Virus record (IMG/VR): IMGVR_UViG_3300006916_000050
Span: 1 to 62,323 of that record
Length of the DNA stretch: 62,323 nucleotides
Reading direction: 5' to 3' (one strand)
Source of the DNA: a virus
Taxonomy: Duplodnaviria; Caudoviricetes
Shown: positions 18,957-28,246 of the stretch, piece by piece
Position numbering within the stretch: the first letter of the stretch is position 1
Layout of the letters: each line of letters begins with the position of its first letter
Made by a program: the position numbers and the translations under genes
Notes under the pieces: generated by a model
Told to the model about the DNA's origin: nothing
Seen by the model: the letters and a program-made list of their open reading frames with translations, nothing else
Databases searched by the model: none

Positions 18957-19268
18957 TCAGTTAGCCCAGCGACCAGCCGCCGCCCGTGCGCGCTTGCGCT
19001 CGAACTCCTTGACCATTGCCCGTGGCATACCTTGATGGATCGGCGCGCCATAGCTGCCGTCCTTCAGGCGTATGCGGTCGACGTTGCGCTTGATGATGAT
19101 CAGAGGCATCTTCTCGGTGAAGAGCCGGAACAGCGCCGGGGTCTTCCGAGTATGTGTAGCCCGCGAGGCTTGTGCGAGTGATGTGGTTCCCGGCTTGTCT
19201 TGCCCGGTTGCTTCGATAGATGTAGGCGAAACGGAACCGGTAGACATTCTCTTGATGCGTGAGGTCAT
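18957..19268 (-). CDS. Hypothetical basic protein
   Basis: AGGAG RBS. Confidence 0.5.
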   Translation of the reverse strand: MTSRIKRMSTGSVSPTSIEATGQDKPGTTSLAQASRATHTRKTPALFRLFTEKMPLIIIKRNVDRIRLKDGSYGAPIHQGMPRAMVKEFERKRARAAAGRWAN

Positions 19269-19304
19269 TGTGTAGCTCTCCTGTTTTGGGACTCCGTCCC
19301 GTTG

Positions 19305-19901
19305 CTATTGGATGATGTTTCCGCCATCTTGTACAGCCCAATAAACGGCAGCGCAAGCCCTAACGTCGACCATTGCATCGTGAGCGCCATCGAAGCCCGC
19401 AGGATCGACCAGCGCCTTGTAGGCTTCCATGAGCGTGGGCCACTTATAGTCCTTGTATTTCCCCGGCAGCTTCAGGATGTCCTTCGTCAGCTGAATCGTG
19501 CACTCGCTCTTCGGCACAGATAGCGCTCCGACAGGTCCGCCGAATCTCTCGTACGCCGATCGCAGGATTGCAATGTCGAATGGCATGTTGTGCGCGACGA
19601 TCGTGTCCGCCCGCGTCAGCAGGTTGTTGAAGGCCGCGAGGCCGACCTTGTACGGCACGCCGTAGCGGTCGATCATTGGCGTCGTGATCATGTGGAAGGC
19701 GCAGGCCGACTCGTTGCCTTCTATGTGGCCGCCTTCGTGCTTGCGTGGGTCAAGGATGAAGTTGACCTCGCCCACGACACGCCGATCCTCGTTGAACAGC
19801 TGCGCACCAATTTGCACTATCCACGGTTGCGTTTTGTGGTACGAAGGGAGATTCTTCTTCATGAATCCAGTTGTCTCGGTATCAAGAACGAGCGTGCTCA
19901 A
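19305..19901 (-). CDS. DEDDh 3'-5' exonuclease (DnaQ-like)
   Basis: LDTETTG, AHNMPFD, AHDAMVDV. Confidence 0.9.
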   Translation of the reverse strand: MSTLVLDTETTGFMKKNLPSYHKTQPWIVQIGAQLFNEDRRVVGEVNFILDPRKHEGGHIEGNESACAFHMITTPMIDRYGVPYKVGLAAFNNLLTRADTIVAHNMPFDIAILRSAYERFGGPVGALSVPKSECTIQLTKDILKLPGKYKDYKWPTLMEAYKALVDPAGFDGAHDAMVDVRACAAVYWAVQDGGNIIQ

Positions 19902-20049
19902 TGTGGTAGCCCTCCGGTGTCGTTTGGCTCGCCGTCGAGAGCCGTGTTGTTGTGTTCGTGGCAGCCGAGCACGTAGGCGTCGACCTCCTTGCCAGACAGG
20001 AACCGGAAGTCGTTCACGCCGTGCGCATCGTTCATGTGCTCGATTATCG

Positions 20050-20496
20050 TCAGGCGGAACTTGTTGAGCTCGTCTTCGTTGAGCGCTGCCCGGAACCGCA
20101 TTGTGATGACCGGAACCGTAATTTCGGCAAGTCTTGATGATGGATAGAACTCGTATCTAATCCGCGAATCTTCCGATGTGACGCTATCGCTTTCCGTAGC
20201 AGGAACGAGTTCGGCTTCACTAGGTGCAGCCTTGTCGGCTCGGGCCACTTCCAGAAGGAGCAGACTCCATAGCCGTTGTATCTGATCATACGCCATATTT
20301 GTCCGTTGACCTCCTGTTGCGTGTTGTTGAACATTGCCCGGAGCTCCGGCCATGTCGCGCCATCTGGCCGAGCCATAGCCTGCGCGAAGTACCACTTCTT
20401 CGTCCCGATCTTGAGCGGTCGGATTTGGAAGTCGGGCATTGGATGGTAGTCGATCCGACAATAGAGCTCGTCGTTGCGGTGTACCTTTCCAGTCAT
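20050..20496 (-). CDS. Hypothetical protein, possible winged-HTH
   Basis: MARPDGATWPEL... pattern; ATGA coupling; overlaps ORF 19898..20461, whose 3' half may be a separate gene. Confidence 0.5.
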   Translation of the reverse strand: MTGKVHRNDELYCRIDYHPMPDFQIRPLKIGTKKWYFAQAMARPDGATWPELRAMFNNTQQEVNGQIWRMIRYNGYGVCSFWKWPEPTRLHLVKPNSFLLRKAIASHRKIRGLDTSSIHHQDLPKLRFRSSQCGSGQRSTKTSSTSSA

Positions 20497-20771
20497 CGCT
20501 TCTTGCTCTTGATCATCACGATCTTCTCCGCCGCGTACGGCTTCGCCGTAGCCTCGAGCGTCGACCAGATCGTCCCGGCGATGTCGTACTTGCCGCCGTG
20601 CGTCGTCAGGCTCCTGTCGTCCGAGATGTCGATCAGCTCCACGATGTTGAACTTCTCCGCCAGCTCCTTGACGCTTCTCACGATCGTCCAGTCGCCGGGT
20701 CCGAAGTCTGTTTGACCTTCTTCTGCGGCGTGGACTTTCCAGCGCTTTTTATAGTGTCCGACTGCATACAT
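20493..20771 (-). CDS. Hypothetical protein
   Basis: GAGGAG RBS. Confidence 0.6.
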   Translation of the reverse strand: MYAVGHYKKRWKVHAAEEGQTDFGPGDWTIVRSVKELAEKFNIVELIDISDDRSLTTHGGKYDIAGTIWSTLEATAKPYAAEKIVMIKSKKR

Positions 20772-21295
20772 TGCTTGAATCTCCTCATGAATTGGAAGGC
20801 CGCATGTGGCGGACTCCAGTTAGTACCTATAGACGGATTGTGGCCCGGAAACAAGTCATCAGTTGGCCACTTCTCGGGTGGCTCCGACATGAGAGCCTGT
20901 TCAGCTCTCAGGATTGCGACGTCGACCTCGTTCACAACAGGCGGGAACGGGTAGATGAATCCGAACTTCTCCGCAGCGACCCGCTCGACCTCTGACTCGA
21001 GGTCCGCGAACTCCGGTCCCACGAGAGCCTTGAGCGGGCGCACCAGATCGCCGACGTACGCCTCTGCGCAGTCGTGCATCAGGCCGGTGTAGGCGACCTC
21101 GACCGTGTCCACCTTCAGGAGGTAGTCGTGAATGTGGCAGCAATGCTGCGCGACGGAATAGAAGTTCTTGGTGTGGCCGTTGTACCGGCAGGTCTGCGAA
21201 AGTGCTTGAGCGATGTCCCGGATGTCGAACATAGACGTCTTGACCGGGAACGAGAACTTCTTGCCGCTGTAGGTTTGCATCCATTTATCAGACAT
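20678..21295 (-). CDS. HD-domain nucleotide phosphohydrolase (YfbR/YfdR-like)
   Basis: DIAQALSQTCRYNGH..YSVAQH..LMHDCAEAYVGD. Confidence 0.88.
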   Translation of the reverse strand: MSDKWMQTYSGKKFSFPVKTSMFDIRDIAQALSQTCRYNGHTKNFYSVAQHCCHIHDYLLKVDTVEVAYTGLMHDCAEAYVGDLVRPLKALVGPEFADLESEVERVAAEKFGFIYPFPPVVNEVDVAILRAEQALMSEPPEKWPTDDLFPGHNPSIGTNWSPPHAAFQFMRRFKQCMQSDTIKSAGKSTPQKKVKQTSDPATGRS

Positions 21296-22865
21296 TGAGA
21301 TCATCCTTGTGGTTGTAATAAAACAAGCGTTTTCGTGCGCGACTCATTCCGACGTATGCGACTCTCGCCTCGGTGTCGGGGTTGAGCGCCATGCGGCTCC
21401 TTATCTTGTTCGTGATGCGTCGCGAGAGGATCACGTTGTCGGCTTCCGCGCCCTTGACAGAGTGAATCGTCCCGAGCGTAACGGGTGGCTTGGAGTCGAA
21501 GGTGTAGCCGCTATCGAGCAGTCCCTTGATGTAGTCGATGTCGGTCTGACGCAGGTCGAGAACCTTCCACCAAGGCAGGTCGAATCGCTTCATGATCATC
21601 GCCGGATATATCGGCCGCCGGGTCATCTTAGAGATGCCGAGCTCCTCCGGGCTCCCCTTGCGAACGTCCGGGTGCAAGTAATTGAGCAGTTGATACGCCT
21701 TCGGCCCGGAGATGTCCTCGTCGTTCTGGACTGCAATGTAGCTCTTGATCACGTCGCATAGAGGGGTGTCGAGCGAGCTCTGCCCCTTGTCCATATAGAG
21801 CACGCCGAACGTCCGTAGCACTCTGCGCCACTTCTTCAGGAAGTCAGCGGTCCGCGCAAGCAAGAACCACGTCTCTCCGTTGTTGAAACCGCCGAGCGTG
21901 GCATGTCTGCCCAGCGACAGAGCGATGATCTCGTCGTCGTTGATCGAGTCGATCACACCGCCCTCCTTGTTCGGCTCGAACTCCTTCGTGATCCTGTTCT
22001 TGATCCCTTCGACCGCGTACGTCGTGCACTCCTTCCAGATAACAGACGGCAGCCGGTGCGACTTCGGGAGGACTATCTTCTCGCAGGTGTCACGCAGCGA
22101 CAGGAAGTGTCCGACGTCCGCGCCGCTCCACTCATAGATCGCTTGATCATCATCGCCCGCGTATATGATCTCCTTCGCATTGATCTCGAGCTTCTCCACG
22201 CATCGCCACTGCAGGAGCGATAGGTCTTGCGCCTCGTCGACGATCAGCAAATCGAAGTCAGGCGATTCCCCGTCCTCGACGTAGCCCTCGAGGACGGCAG
22301 TGTGGTCGATGTAGCCCTCGTCGAGGAGTAGGCGGTATTCTGCGTCGCGTTGCTTTGCGTGCTCGTAGGACATGCCGAGGAAGTCCGTGACCTGCTTGAG
22401 GTCTTGCTGCAGGACCCTTGCGTAGCCGGAGGCAAAGAGCGCGGCGTCGTCTTCGGTAGCGTAGGTGACCTCGTACTCTAGAGAAATTCTGCCCTTAACG
22501 GCTCGGCTTTCGGGGTGTATGTCGACCGCCTCACACCACTGTCTGTACCTCGAGTGCGTCAGGAACTTCTTCGTCTTGTCGCGACGCAGCCGGGTCGCCA
22601 TCGAGTGCAGCGTCCGAAAATACGGCAGGGGATCGTCGTCGCCCCGACCAGTGAACGAGTCCGCGTCGATGCCAAGCTGGTCAAGAGCACGCTCCCGCGC
22701 CTCCTGTATCGCGCGCCGTGTAAACGACACGAACGCGATCCGGCTCGGGTGTCCTCCGGCCGCGATATATTCCTCGACCCTCTTCAGGAGGTATGTGGTT
22801 TTGCCGCAGCCGGGTCCGCCGAGAACAATACTAGAACGAGGTCGAGTCTGTCGTGGTTGTGACAT
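21288..22865 (-). CDS. SF1 UvrD-like helicase (second copy)
   Basis: GGPGCGKTT, IVDEAQD, AGDDDQAIY, TIHSVKGAEAD, YVGMSRAR. Confidence 0.92.
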   Translation of the reverse strand: MSQPRQTRPRSSIVLGGPGCGKTTYLLKRVEEYIAAGGHPSRIAFVSFTRRAIQEARERALDQLGIDADSFTGRGDDDPLPYFRTLHSMATRLRRDKTKKFLTHSRYRQWCEAVDIHPESRAVKGRISLEYEVTYATEDDAALFASGYARVLQQDLKQVTDFLGMSYEHAKQRDAEYRLLLDEGYIDHTAVLEGYVEDGESPDFDLLIVDEAQDLSLLQWRCVEKLEINAKEIIYAGDDDQAIYEWSGADVGHFLSLRDTCEKIVLPKSHRLPSVIWKECTTYAVEGIKNRITKEFEPNKEGGVIDSINDDEIIALSLGRHATLGGFNNGETWFLLARTADFLKKWRRVLRTFGVLYMDKGQSSLDTPLCDVIKSYIAVQNDEDISGPKAYQLLNYLHPDVRKGSPEELGISKMTRRPIYPAMIMKRFDLPWWKVLDLRQTDIDYIKGLLDSGYTFDSKPPVTLGTIHSVKGAEADNVILSRRITNKIRSRMALNPDTEARVAYVGMSRARKRLFYYNHKDDLNV

Positions 22866-24486
22866 CGAGTTCTCCTTGCTTGAAGTTCTGGTTCTCTTTT
22901 ACGTTCAAGCACCAGACCAGACCAGTGAATCCGCCTTCGTCAATGTGCCGCTTTTCGGCAGCCGAGTCGATGTTCAATAGATGACTATGCAGGGTCTCGA
23001 ATACCATGTTCGGCTCCTCTTTTCGAAGCCATCCCATGAGAGTGCTGTCGGAGACCATCAGGAGCCCGTTGTGGAGGTACGGCCGCCCGTGCTTCATGTG
23101 CCTTGTGTTGAAGGTGCCTTGTGTCAGAACCCAATTCCCGAGCTTCTCCTGAAAGCGCTCGAAGGTCGAAGCGCCCTTGACGTAGACGACATTCTTCTTC
23201 GCGAGCTGCATCAGCCCCGTGACATGGCCCTGCCATTCGGGCTCCGACATCTTGCGAGGGAACGCGAACAAAAGGGGAACGACGGCGCTTTGATATTCTG
23301 CGAACTTGCCGATCCGATCGCCCGAGAACGGACCAAGACGGGTCTCGAAGTTGGAGAGGCTCAAATAGTAGGACTGCTCGCCGGGTCCGTATTCATAGAT
23401 TGTGATCGCGTTCGGGAGCATGGCTTCGTCGTTCGCCTCTATGCCGAACGGTAGCTTCCGACAGGCCGTCGCACGGCAATGTTGCTTGAGCTGATCCCTG
23501 TTGCAGCGATAGTGGTAGTCCTTCTTGAACAGGGTCTTCATTACCGTGTTCTTGATCTCCTTGTCGCCGAGCCCGAACGCCGGAATATGCTTCCCGTCTA
23601 TGGTCGCAGCGCCTAGATCGAGCTTCACCAGCTTATCGAATACCGTGTCTGTCGTCTCGTACTTGCGCTTGTAGTAGAGGCCGATGTCGAAGAGGAGCTC
23701 GTTGCGCGGTGAGCCCTGCGAGGACCCGTCCGCCACGTAGCCCCGGAGGATTGATTGAAGGCAGGGAGGCCCGTCGATGAAGTCCTCAGAGGAAACGGAG
23801 CGCTTGGCCTTAGTTGCGTTGGCCAGTGGATCATAGTCGTACTGCTCGAGCCACTTGTCGACCCATGGCTGGTCAACAGATTCGACCATGTCGACGAACT
23901 GCTCGAGCGGCACGTCGTAGAACGCGTCGTCTTCGGGAGAGTAGCCCCGACATTTGCAGATGTCGCCATAAAACGGAATGTTGATCCAATTGCCGACGTC
24001 TTCGTCGTCAATGCGAACCGTCTGCTTCGGGAACACCTCCGCGTTGCCGTAGCCGAGCTCGCCAGCGAGCTCCCGCATTGCGCGGAACGCCAGCGTCGCT
24101 GCAATAGGCTCCTTCGACAGGAGCCAGACGTGGCAGCCGCCGGACTTCGATCTGGTAACGAATAGAGGCCGCTCGCCGATAACCTTGACCACCGCGTCGA
24201 TGATCGTGTCCTTGTCCTCACCCTCGGCAGGATAGACGTCGATGTCGATCGCGGCGAACCTGATCGACTTGCCGTCGTCCATCAGCGGGACGATGCCCAT
24301 GCGTTGCTTGCCCTCGATGTGCGCGACATAGTCCTCGAGGGTCGGCCCTCGGCCGAGCGTCTCGGCACGCCCTTCGTGCTTGTTCTTCTCTTTGTTGATC
24401 CCCTTGACGGTGTACTGCCCGAACCGCTTGGAGAGTCCGGTGTATATGTCTGCCAGCTTGGCAGCGAGAGCGGGTGTATTTTCCAT
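22831..24486 (-). CDS. Archaeo-eukaryotic-type primase (prim-pol)
   Basis: AIDID, RSKSGGCHVW, EVFPKQ, GNWINIPF; later GPPCL and Cys cluster. Confidence 0.85.
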   Translation of the reverse strand: MENTPALAAKLADIYTGLSKRFGQYTVKGINKEKNKHEGRAETLGRGPTLEDYVAHIEGKQRMGIVPLMDDGKSIRFAAIDIDVYPAEGEDKDTIIDAVVKVIGERPLFVTRSKSGGCHVWLLSKEPIAATLAFRAMRELAGELGYGNAEVFPKQTVRIDDEDVGNWINIPFYGDICKCRGYSPEDDAFYDVPLEQFVDMVESVDQPWVDKWLEQYDYDPLANATKAKRSVSSEDFIDGPPCLQSILRGYVADGSSQGSPRNELLFDIGLYYKRKYETTDTVFDKLVKLDLGAATIDGKHIPAFGLGDKEIKNTVMKTLFKKDYHYRCNRDQLKQHCRATACRKLPFGIEANDEAMLPNAITIYEYGPGEQSYYLSLSNFETRLGPFSGDRIGKFAEYQSAVVPLLFAFPRKMSEPEWQGHVTGLMQLAKKNVVYVKGASTFERFQEKLGNWVLTQGTFNTRHMKHGRPYLHNGLLMVSDSTLMGWLRKEEPNMVFETLHSHLLNIDSAAEKRHIDEGGFTGLVWCLNVKENQNFKQGELDVTTTTDSTSF

Positions 24487-24593
24487 GAAGTTGTCCTTCG
24501 AAAATATGTGGTTGGTGAGCCGACCGCGAGCCCGCCGGGAGCTGGTGCGATCGGCTCGGTATCAGGTCCGCAGGGGAACGGACCGGATGGTGC

Positions 24594-25421
24594 TTAGAAC
24601 GGAACCTCTTCGTCGATAACCGAGTCGTTGTCACTAGGCTTCGGTTTCGCGACAGTATCGTCCATCGACTTCTCCATGTCCACCTTGACCTCGCCAGCTG
24701 CGAGAGCTTCGGCGAACGCCTTCGCGTCGAGAATGTCGTCCTTGTTGGCGAACCCAATGCGCTCGAAGTGCCAGACGTACCACTTGTCGTCGCCCTTGGT
24801 CTTGAGGACCGTCGTGGCCTTGAACTGGTGAGCGTAGCGGATGGCCTTGCCCGAGATCGCGTTGTCCATGATCAGGCCGTTCATGTCCATGGACGGCTTC
24901 AGCTGCGTCTTGGTCATGTTCATGACCGCCCCGACAGTGTTGCCCGACTTGTTCTGGAACCGGATGACGTGAGTGTGCGTCTTCAGGAGATGGTTGCCGG
25001 GTGTGAAGCAGTCAGGAGCGCCCTTCTGGATCACGTCGTTGTTGCTATCGTCGCGGATGACAGGACATGCCTCGCCCTGCGCTACGCTGTACTCTGCAAC
25101 CAGTCCACCACCTTCGCGACGGGGAACCCATTCGACGTACGAAACCTTGTAGGCGCACGGCACGAACAGGAACCCTTCACCCTTCTCGTACAAGTCGCCC
25201 GTGAGCGTGTTGACGATCATCCCCGGCTTCGCGCCTTCGATGTAAGCAGGATCGTCCTCGTCGACCTGCGGAGAGAGCTGTTGCAGGATTCGGAGGTATG
25301 GGATCGAGATGTCGTCCCGTCCGAGCACTTCGCCTTCTGTGTCGTCTGCCAGCTTGGCGAGGAACTCGGCTTCTGCCGGGAGCCCCGCTTTTTCGGTTTT
25401 AGTCACTTCTTGCTTTGCCAT
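24594..25421 (-). CDS. Putative single-stranded DNA-binding protein
   Basis: IPYLRILQQLSPQV..GAKPG..YVEWVPR; acidic tail ending EEVPF. Confidence 0.75.
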   Translation of the reverse strand: MAKQEVTKTEKAGLPAEAEFLAKLADDTEGEVLGRDDISIPYLRILQQLSPQVDEDDPAYIEGAKPGMIVNTLTGDLYEKGEGFLFVPCAYKVSYVEWVPRREGGGLVAEYSVAQGEACPVIRDDSNNDVIQKGAPDCFTPGNHLLKTHTHVIRFQNKSGNTVGAVMNMTKTQLKPSMDMNGLIMDNAISGKAIRYAHQFKATTVLKTKGDDKWYVWHFERIGFANKDDILDAKAFAEALAAGEVKVDMEKSMDDTVAKPKPSDNDSVIDEEVPF

Positions 25422-25457
25422 GGTGTTTTGTCCTTCCTTGGCGTTGATGAAACAGGT

Positions 25458-26024
25458 TTACTTGATGTCGACGCGTTCGAACTCGAACGCACCGAGCAGG
25501 GAGAGGTCCGTCGGCTTGTTGTCCTTGAGCCGCTCCCTGATCCACTTCGAATATGTCGGAGCCGCGATCGACTCGGTCTCCGAGCCCTCGAGCCCGAGAG
25601 CCTTCGCTTCGTCCAGTATTGCAGCGACCGCATTGGCCTTGCCGCGTCCTGCGTCGATGGTCACGATCTGCTTGATGATGTCCTCGCCACCGTTCTCTCG
25701 GACGTACTTCATCACCTCGTCGGACCGAGCCTTCGGGAGCGATGCCTTGAGATCGCTTGCCAGTTTGAGGGTCTGGCCAGTCGAGAGCTCTAGGCTCCTG
25801 ATTCCGATGTCCTTCATCATCTTCGGGAGCTTGTCGAGAGCTATCTCGTTCACCTGCTTCTTGATTGCCTTGGCTTCCTCCTCGAGGCGCGACAGTGTGC
25901 CTTGTAGCGCCATCAGGTGATTGCCGTACTTTGTCACGGCAGCAAGGTCGGCAGGTGCAGCCTTCTCGCCTTCGTCGGCCGCAGCCAGCTCAGCAAGGAA
26001 CGGATCGAGTTCTTCAGTCGTCAT
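25458..26024 (-). CDS. Conserved phage replication-module protein
   Basis: Coiled-coil N-terminus, LPKMMKDIGI; located upstream of the SSB. Confidence 0.7.
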   Translation of the reverse strand: MTTEELDPFLAELAAADEGEKAAPADLAAVTKYGNHLMALQGTLSRLEEEAKAIKKQVNEIALDKLPKMMKDIGIRSLELSTGQTLKLASDLKASLPKARSDEVMKYVRENGGEDIIKQIVTIDAGRGKANAVAAILDEAKALGLEGSETESIAAPTYSKWIRERLKDNKPTDLSLLGAFEFERVDIK

Positions 26025-26367
26025 GGTTCTCTCCTTCGGTGTCGTCAATCTGCAGGTCGATCGGACTGTACTCGCCGAGCGACGGGTTATATGCGAGCAA
26101 GGTCAGCACGCCGTCGTTCATGTACGTGAACAGGGAGCTCGCGATCGCGTTGTTCAGGAGCGGTCCGGGATTCAGGATCATGAAGTTCTGCTCCTCACCT
26201 CCTACACCGTCCAGCTTGGCTCGAGCATAGTCGCGCATTGCGACCATCCCGCGTTTGCCGTTGCTGCGATAATTAGCATCGAAGATGTACAGGAGCTCGC
26301 CGAACTTGGCCGCTGCCGTGTAGTCGAATTCGTCTCCGTCGCTTTCCGTAACTATAAAAACTGCCAT
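26014..26367 (-). CDS. Hypothetical protein
   Basis: AAGGA RBS after a promoter. Confidence 0.65.
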   Translation of the reverse strand: MAVFIVTESDGDEFDYTAAAKFGELLYIFDANYRSNGKRGMVAMRDYARAKLDGVGGEEQNFMILNPGPLLNNAIASSLFTYMNDGVLTLLAYNPSLGEYSPIDLQIDDTEGENHDD

Positions 26368-26397
26368 TATGTAGTCCTTCTCTTGTTTCCGGTTTGC

Positions 26398-26427
26398 ACC
26401 ATACATTCCGGTTCTTGCTTATGTCAA
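26398..26427 (-). promoter_or_regulatory. Sigma70-like promoter for the replication genes
   Basis: TTGACA-18-TATGGT at the end of the SNF2 gene. Confidence 0.65.
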
Positions 26428-28103
26428 CCACTAAATAGATCGACCTCGTCCGGGGTTAATATCCAATTTTTGACCATGTCGCCGACAAGGTGTGCCGCGA
26501 TCTCGCGCCGTTCTCGTAGCACTTTGATCAGCTTCGAGTCCATCGTCTTGTATGCTGCGAGGTCGGTGTAGTCGATCGAGAACTTCTGCCCGATCCTGTG
26601 AACACGGTCCTCGGACTGCAGCCGTTGGCCCATGTTGAAGCTGTTGTTGAAATAGCAGACGTGCCGTGCCGCCCGGAGGTCGATCCCGGTTCCACCGGCC
26701 GCAGGGTTCGACACGAAGAACCGCTTCTTGCCGTCCCGGAAGTCCGTCAGAGCCTTGGAGCGATCGGCCGGGGATGTTCGCCCGGTGTACATCGTGCAGT
26801 CGCTCCCGAGCGCCTCCGCTATCTGGTCTTGGTTGAACTGGAACGTCGTCCAGATCACGCCCTGCCCGTGGCAGTCCTCGACCCATGCCATCAGCGCCTC
26901 CATACGGGAGGAGCTCTTACCAAGCAGGTGAGGTTCGCCATCGTCGACCTTGACGAAGCCGCAGGTGATCTGCTGTAGCCGCAGGAGGAGCGTCAGAGCG
27001 TGCGTTGTGGAGACGATCTCGTTCTCGCCGACCTCGGAGATCATCTCGTCCTTCATCGCGTTGTAGACCTTGCGCTCGTCGTCGTTGAGCTCGAACGGGT
27101 GCGTCCGGTAGACCTTGTCTGGCAGGTCGAGGCAGTCCTCCTTCATCAGGCGCGACGTGCACGCCTTGAGCCAGCCACTCAGCTCGTCGGTGTTCTTGTA
27201 GCCGACCACCGTCTCGATCGGCCGCTCGATCGTCTTGCCCGACTTCGTCTTGCGGGAGTATGTCATGCTGCCCAGCGGACGCTTGATCGCGAACCGCTTC
27301 TCGAACGTGAAATAGTCGAGGCCGTTTACACAGGATGGATCGAGGAACCGCAGCTGCGACCAGACGTCGAGCGGTGAGTGTGGTGTAACGGTGCCTGTCA
27401 GGATAGCCCGCTTGACCGCCTTCGGTGCGAGTTTGTGCAGCGCCTTCGTCCGAGAGCCCTTCGGCGACTTCATACCGTGGCTCTCGTCGATGATCAGGAA
27501 AACCTTCCGGTGCTCGAGCATCTCGGAGGCGAACGCGAACGCCTTCTTGTGGATCAGTGCGTCGTAGTTGATCGCTGCGACGATCAGCTTGTCCTCCTCG
27601 AGGAAGCCAGCGTCGCGCCGCTTCTTCGTGGGCCATGCGAACGCCCGGTAGGGGATCGAGAGGTTCTCGTCGAGGTCGGTCGTGATCCATTTCTCATGAA
27701 CGCCCTTGAGGGTCACGATCAGGATCGCGTCGATGTCGCCCTCGGCGAACGCGTGCGCCGCGATGTCGAGCGCAGCCTTCGACTTGCCGAGGCCCATCTC
27801 CCAGAGCAGGCCGAAGAACTTGCGGTCCTTGTACAGCTCGAGCGCCTTGCGCTGATGTTCCATGGCCGGAATCTTCTCGACGTTGACCGCGTGCTCGACC
27901 GAGCTCTTCGACCGGGTCTCGATGCCCGTCGTGTCGACGCCCATCTTTTCGACCAGCCGCAGGTTGCGCCGGGTCGTCGCGAACGTGACACGGTTGCCAG
28001 TGACCTCGACCAGCGGGTCGAAGTGCGCCTTGATTGCCGAGAGGTACTTCGGCGGAACGTCGGACAGGATTGCCGTGGTTGCCTGCTGTTGTGTCAGTAT
28101 CAT
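26424..28103 (-). CDS. SNF2-family (SF2) helicase
   Basis: EMGLGKS, IIDESH, LTGT, GGTGIDL, QSEDRVHRIGQ. Confidence 0.92.
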   Translation of the reverse strand: MILTQQQATTAILSDVPPKYLSAIKAHFDPLVEVTGNRVTFATTRRNLRLVEKMGVDTTGIETRSKSSVEHAVNVEKIPAMEHQRKALELYKDRKFFGLLWEMGLGKSKAALDIAAHAFAEGDIDAILIVTLKGVHEKWITTDLDENLSIPYRAFAWPTKKRRDAGFLEEDKLIVAAINYDALIHKKAFAFASEMLEHRKVFLIIDESHGMKSPKGSRTKALHKLAPKAVKRAILTGTVTPHSPLDVWSQLRFLDPSCVNGLDYFTFEKRFAIKRPLGSMTYSRKTKSGKTIERPIETVVGYKNTDELSGWLKACTSRLMKEDCLDLPDKVYRTHPFELNDDERKVYNAMKDEMISEVGENEIVSTTHALTLLLRLQQITCGFVKVDDGEPHLLGKSSSRMEALMAWVEDCHGQGVIWTTFQFNQDQIAEALGSDCTMYTGRTSPADRSKALTDFRDGKKRFFVSNPAAGGTGIDLRAARHVCYFNNSFNMGQRLQSEDRVHRIGQKFSIDYTDLAAYKTMDSKLIKVLRERREIAAHLVGDMVKNWILTPDEVDLFSG

Positions 28104-28112
28104 GTTTAGAGC

Positions 28113-28205
28113 TCCCTTAATATTCACGCCTGCGTAAAAAAATAAAAAATAAAAAAATCTCGCCCGTACACGTAATGAAGCGAGGTTGAGAACAAATCGG
28201 GAACA
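28113..28205. repeat. 93-bp AT-rich repeat, copy B, containing a LexA-type box
   Basis: Colinear with 6897-6989; GAAC-N7-GAAC at 28190-28204; abuts the helicase RBS. Confidence 0.85.
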
Positions 28206-28246
28206 GGAGCCTCCGGGACCGTTTACACGATCCCGGCTCCCTGATC

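Noticed and set aside
17017-21295. Z-genome (2-aminoadenine) system
   Set aside because: HD and diphosphohydrolase genes are present, but no PurZ-like gene is recognisable.
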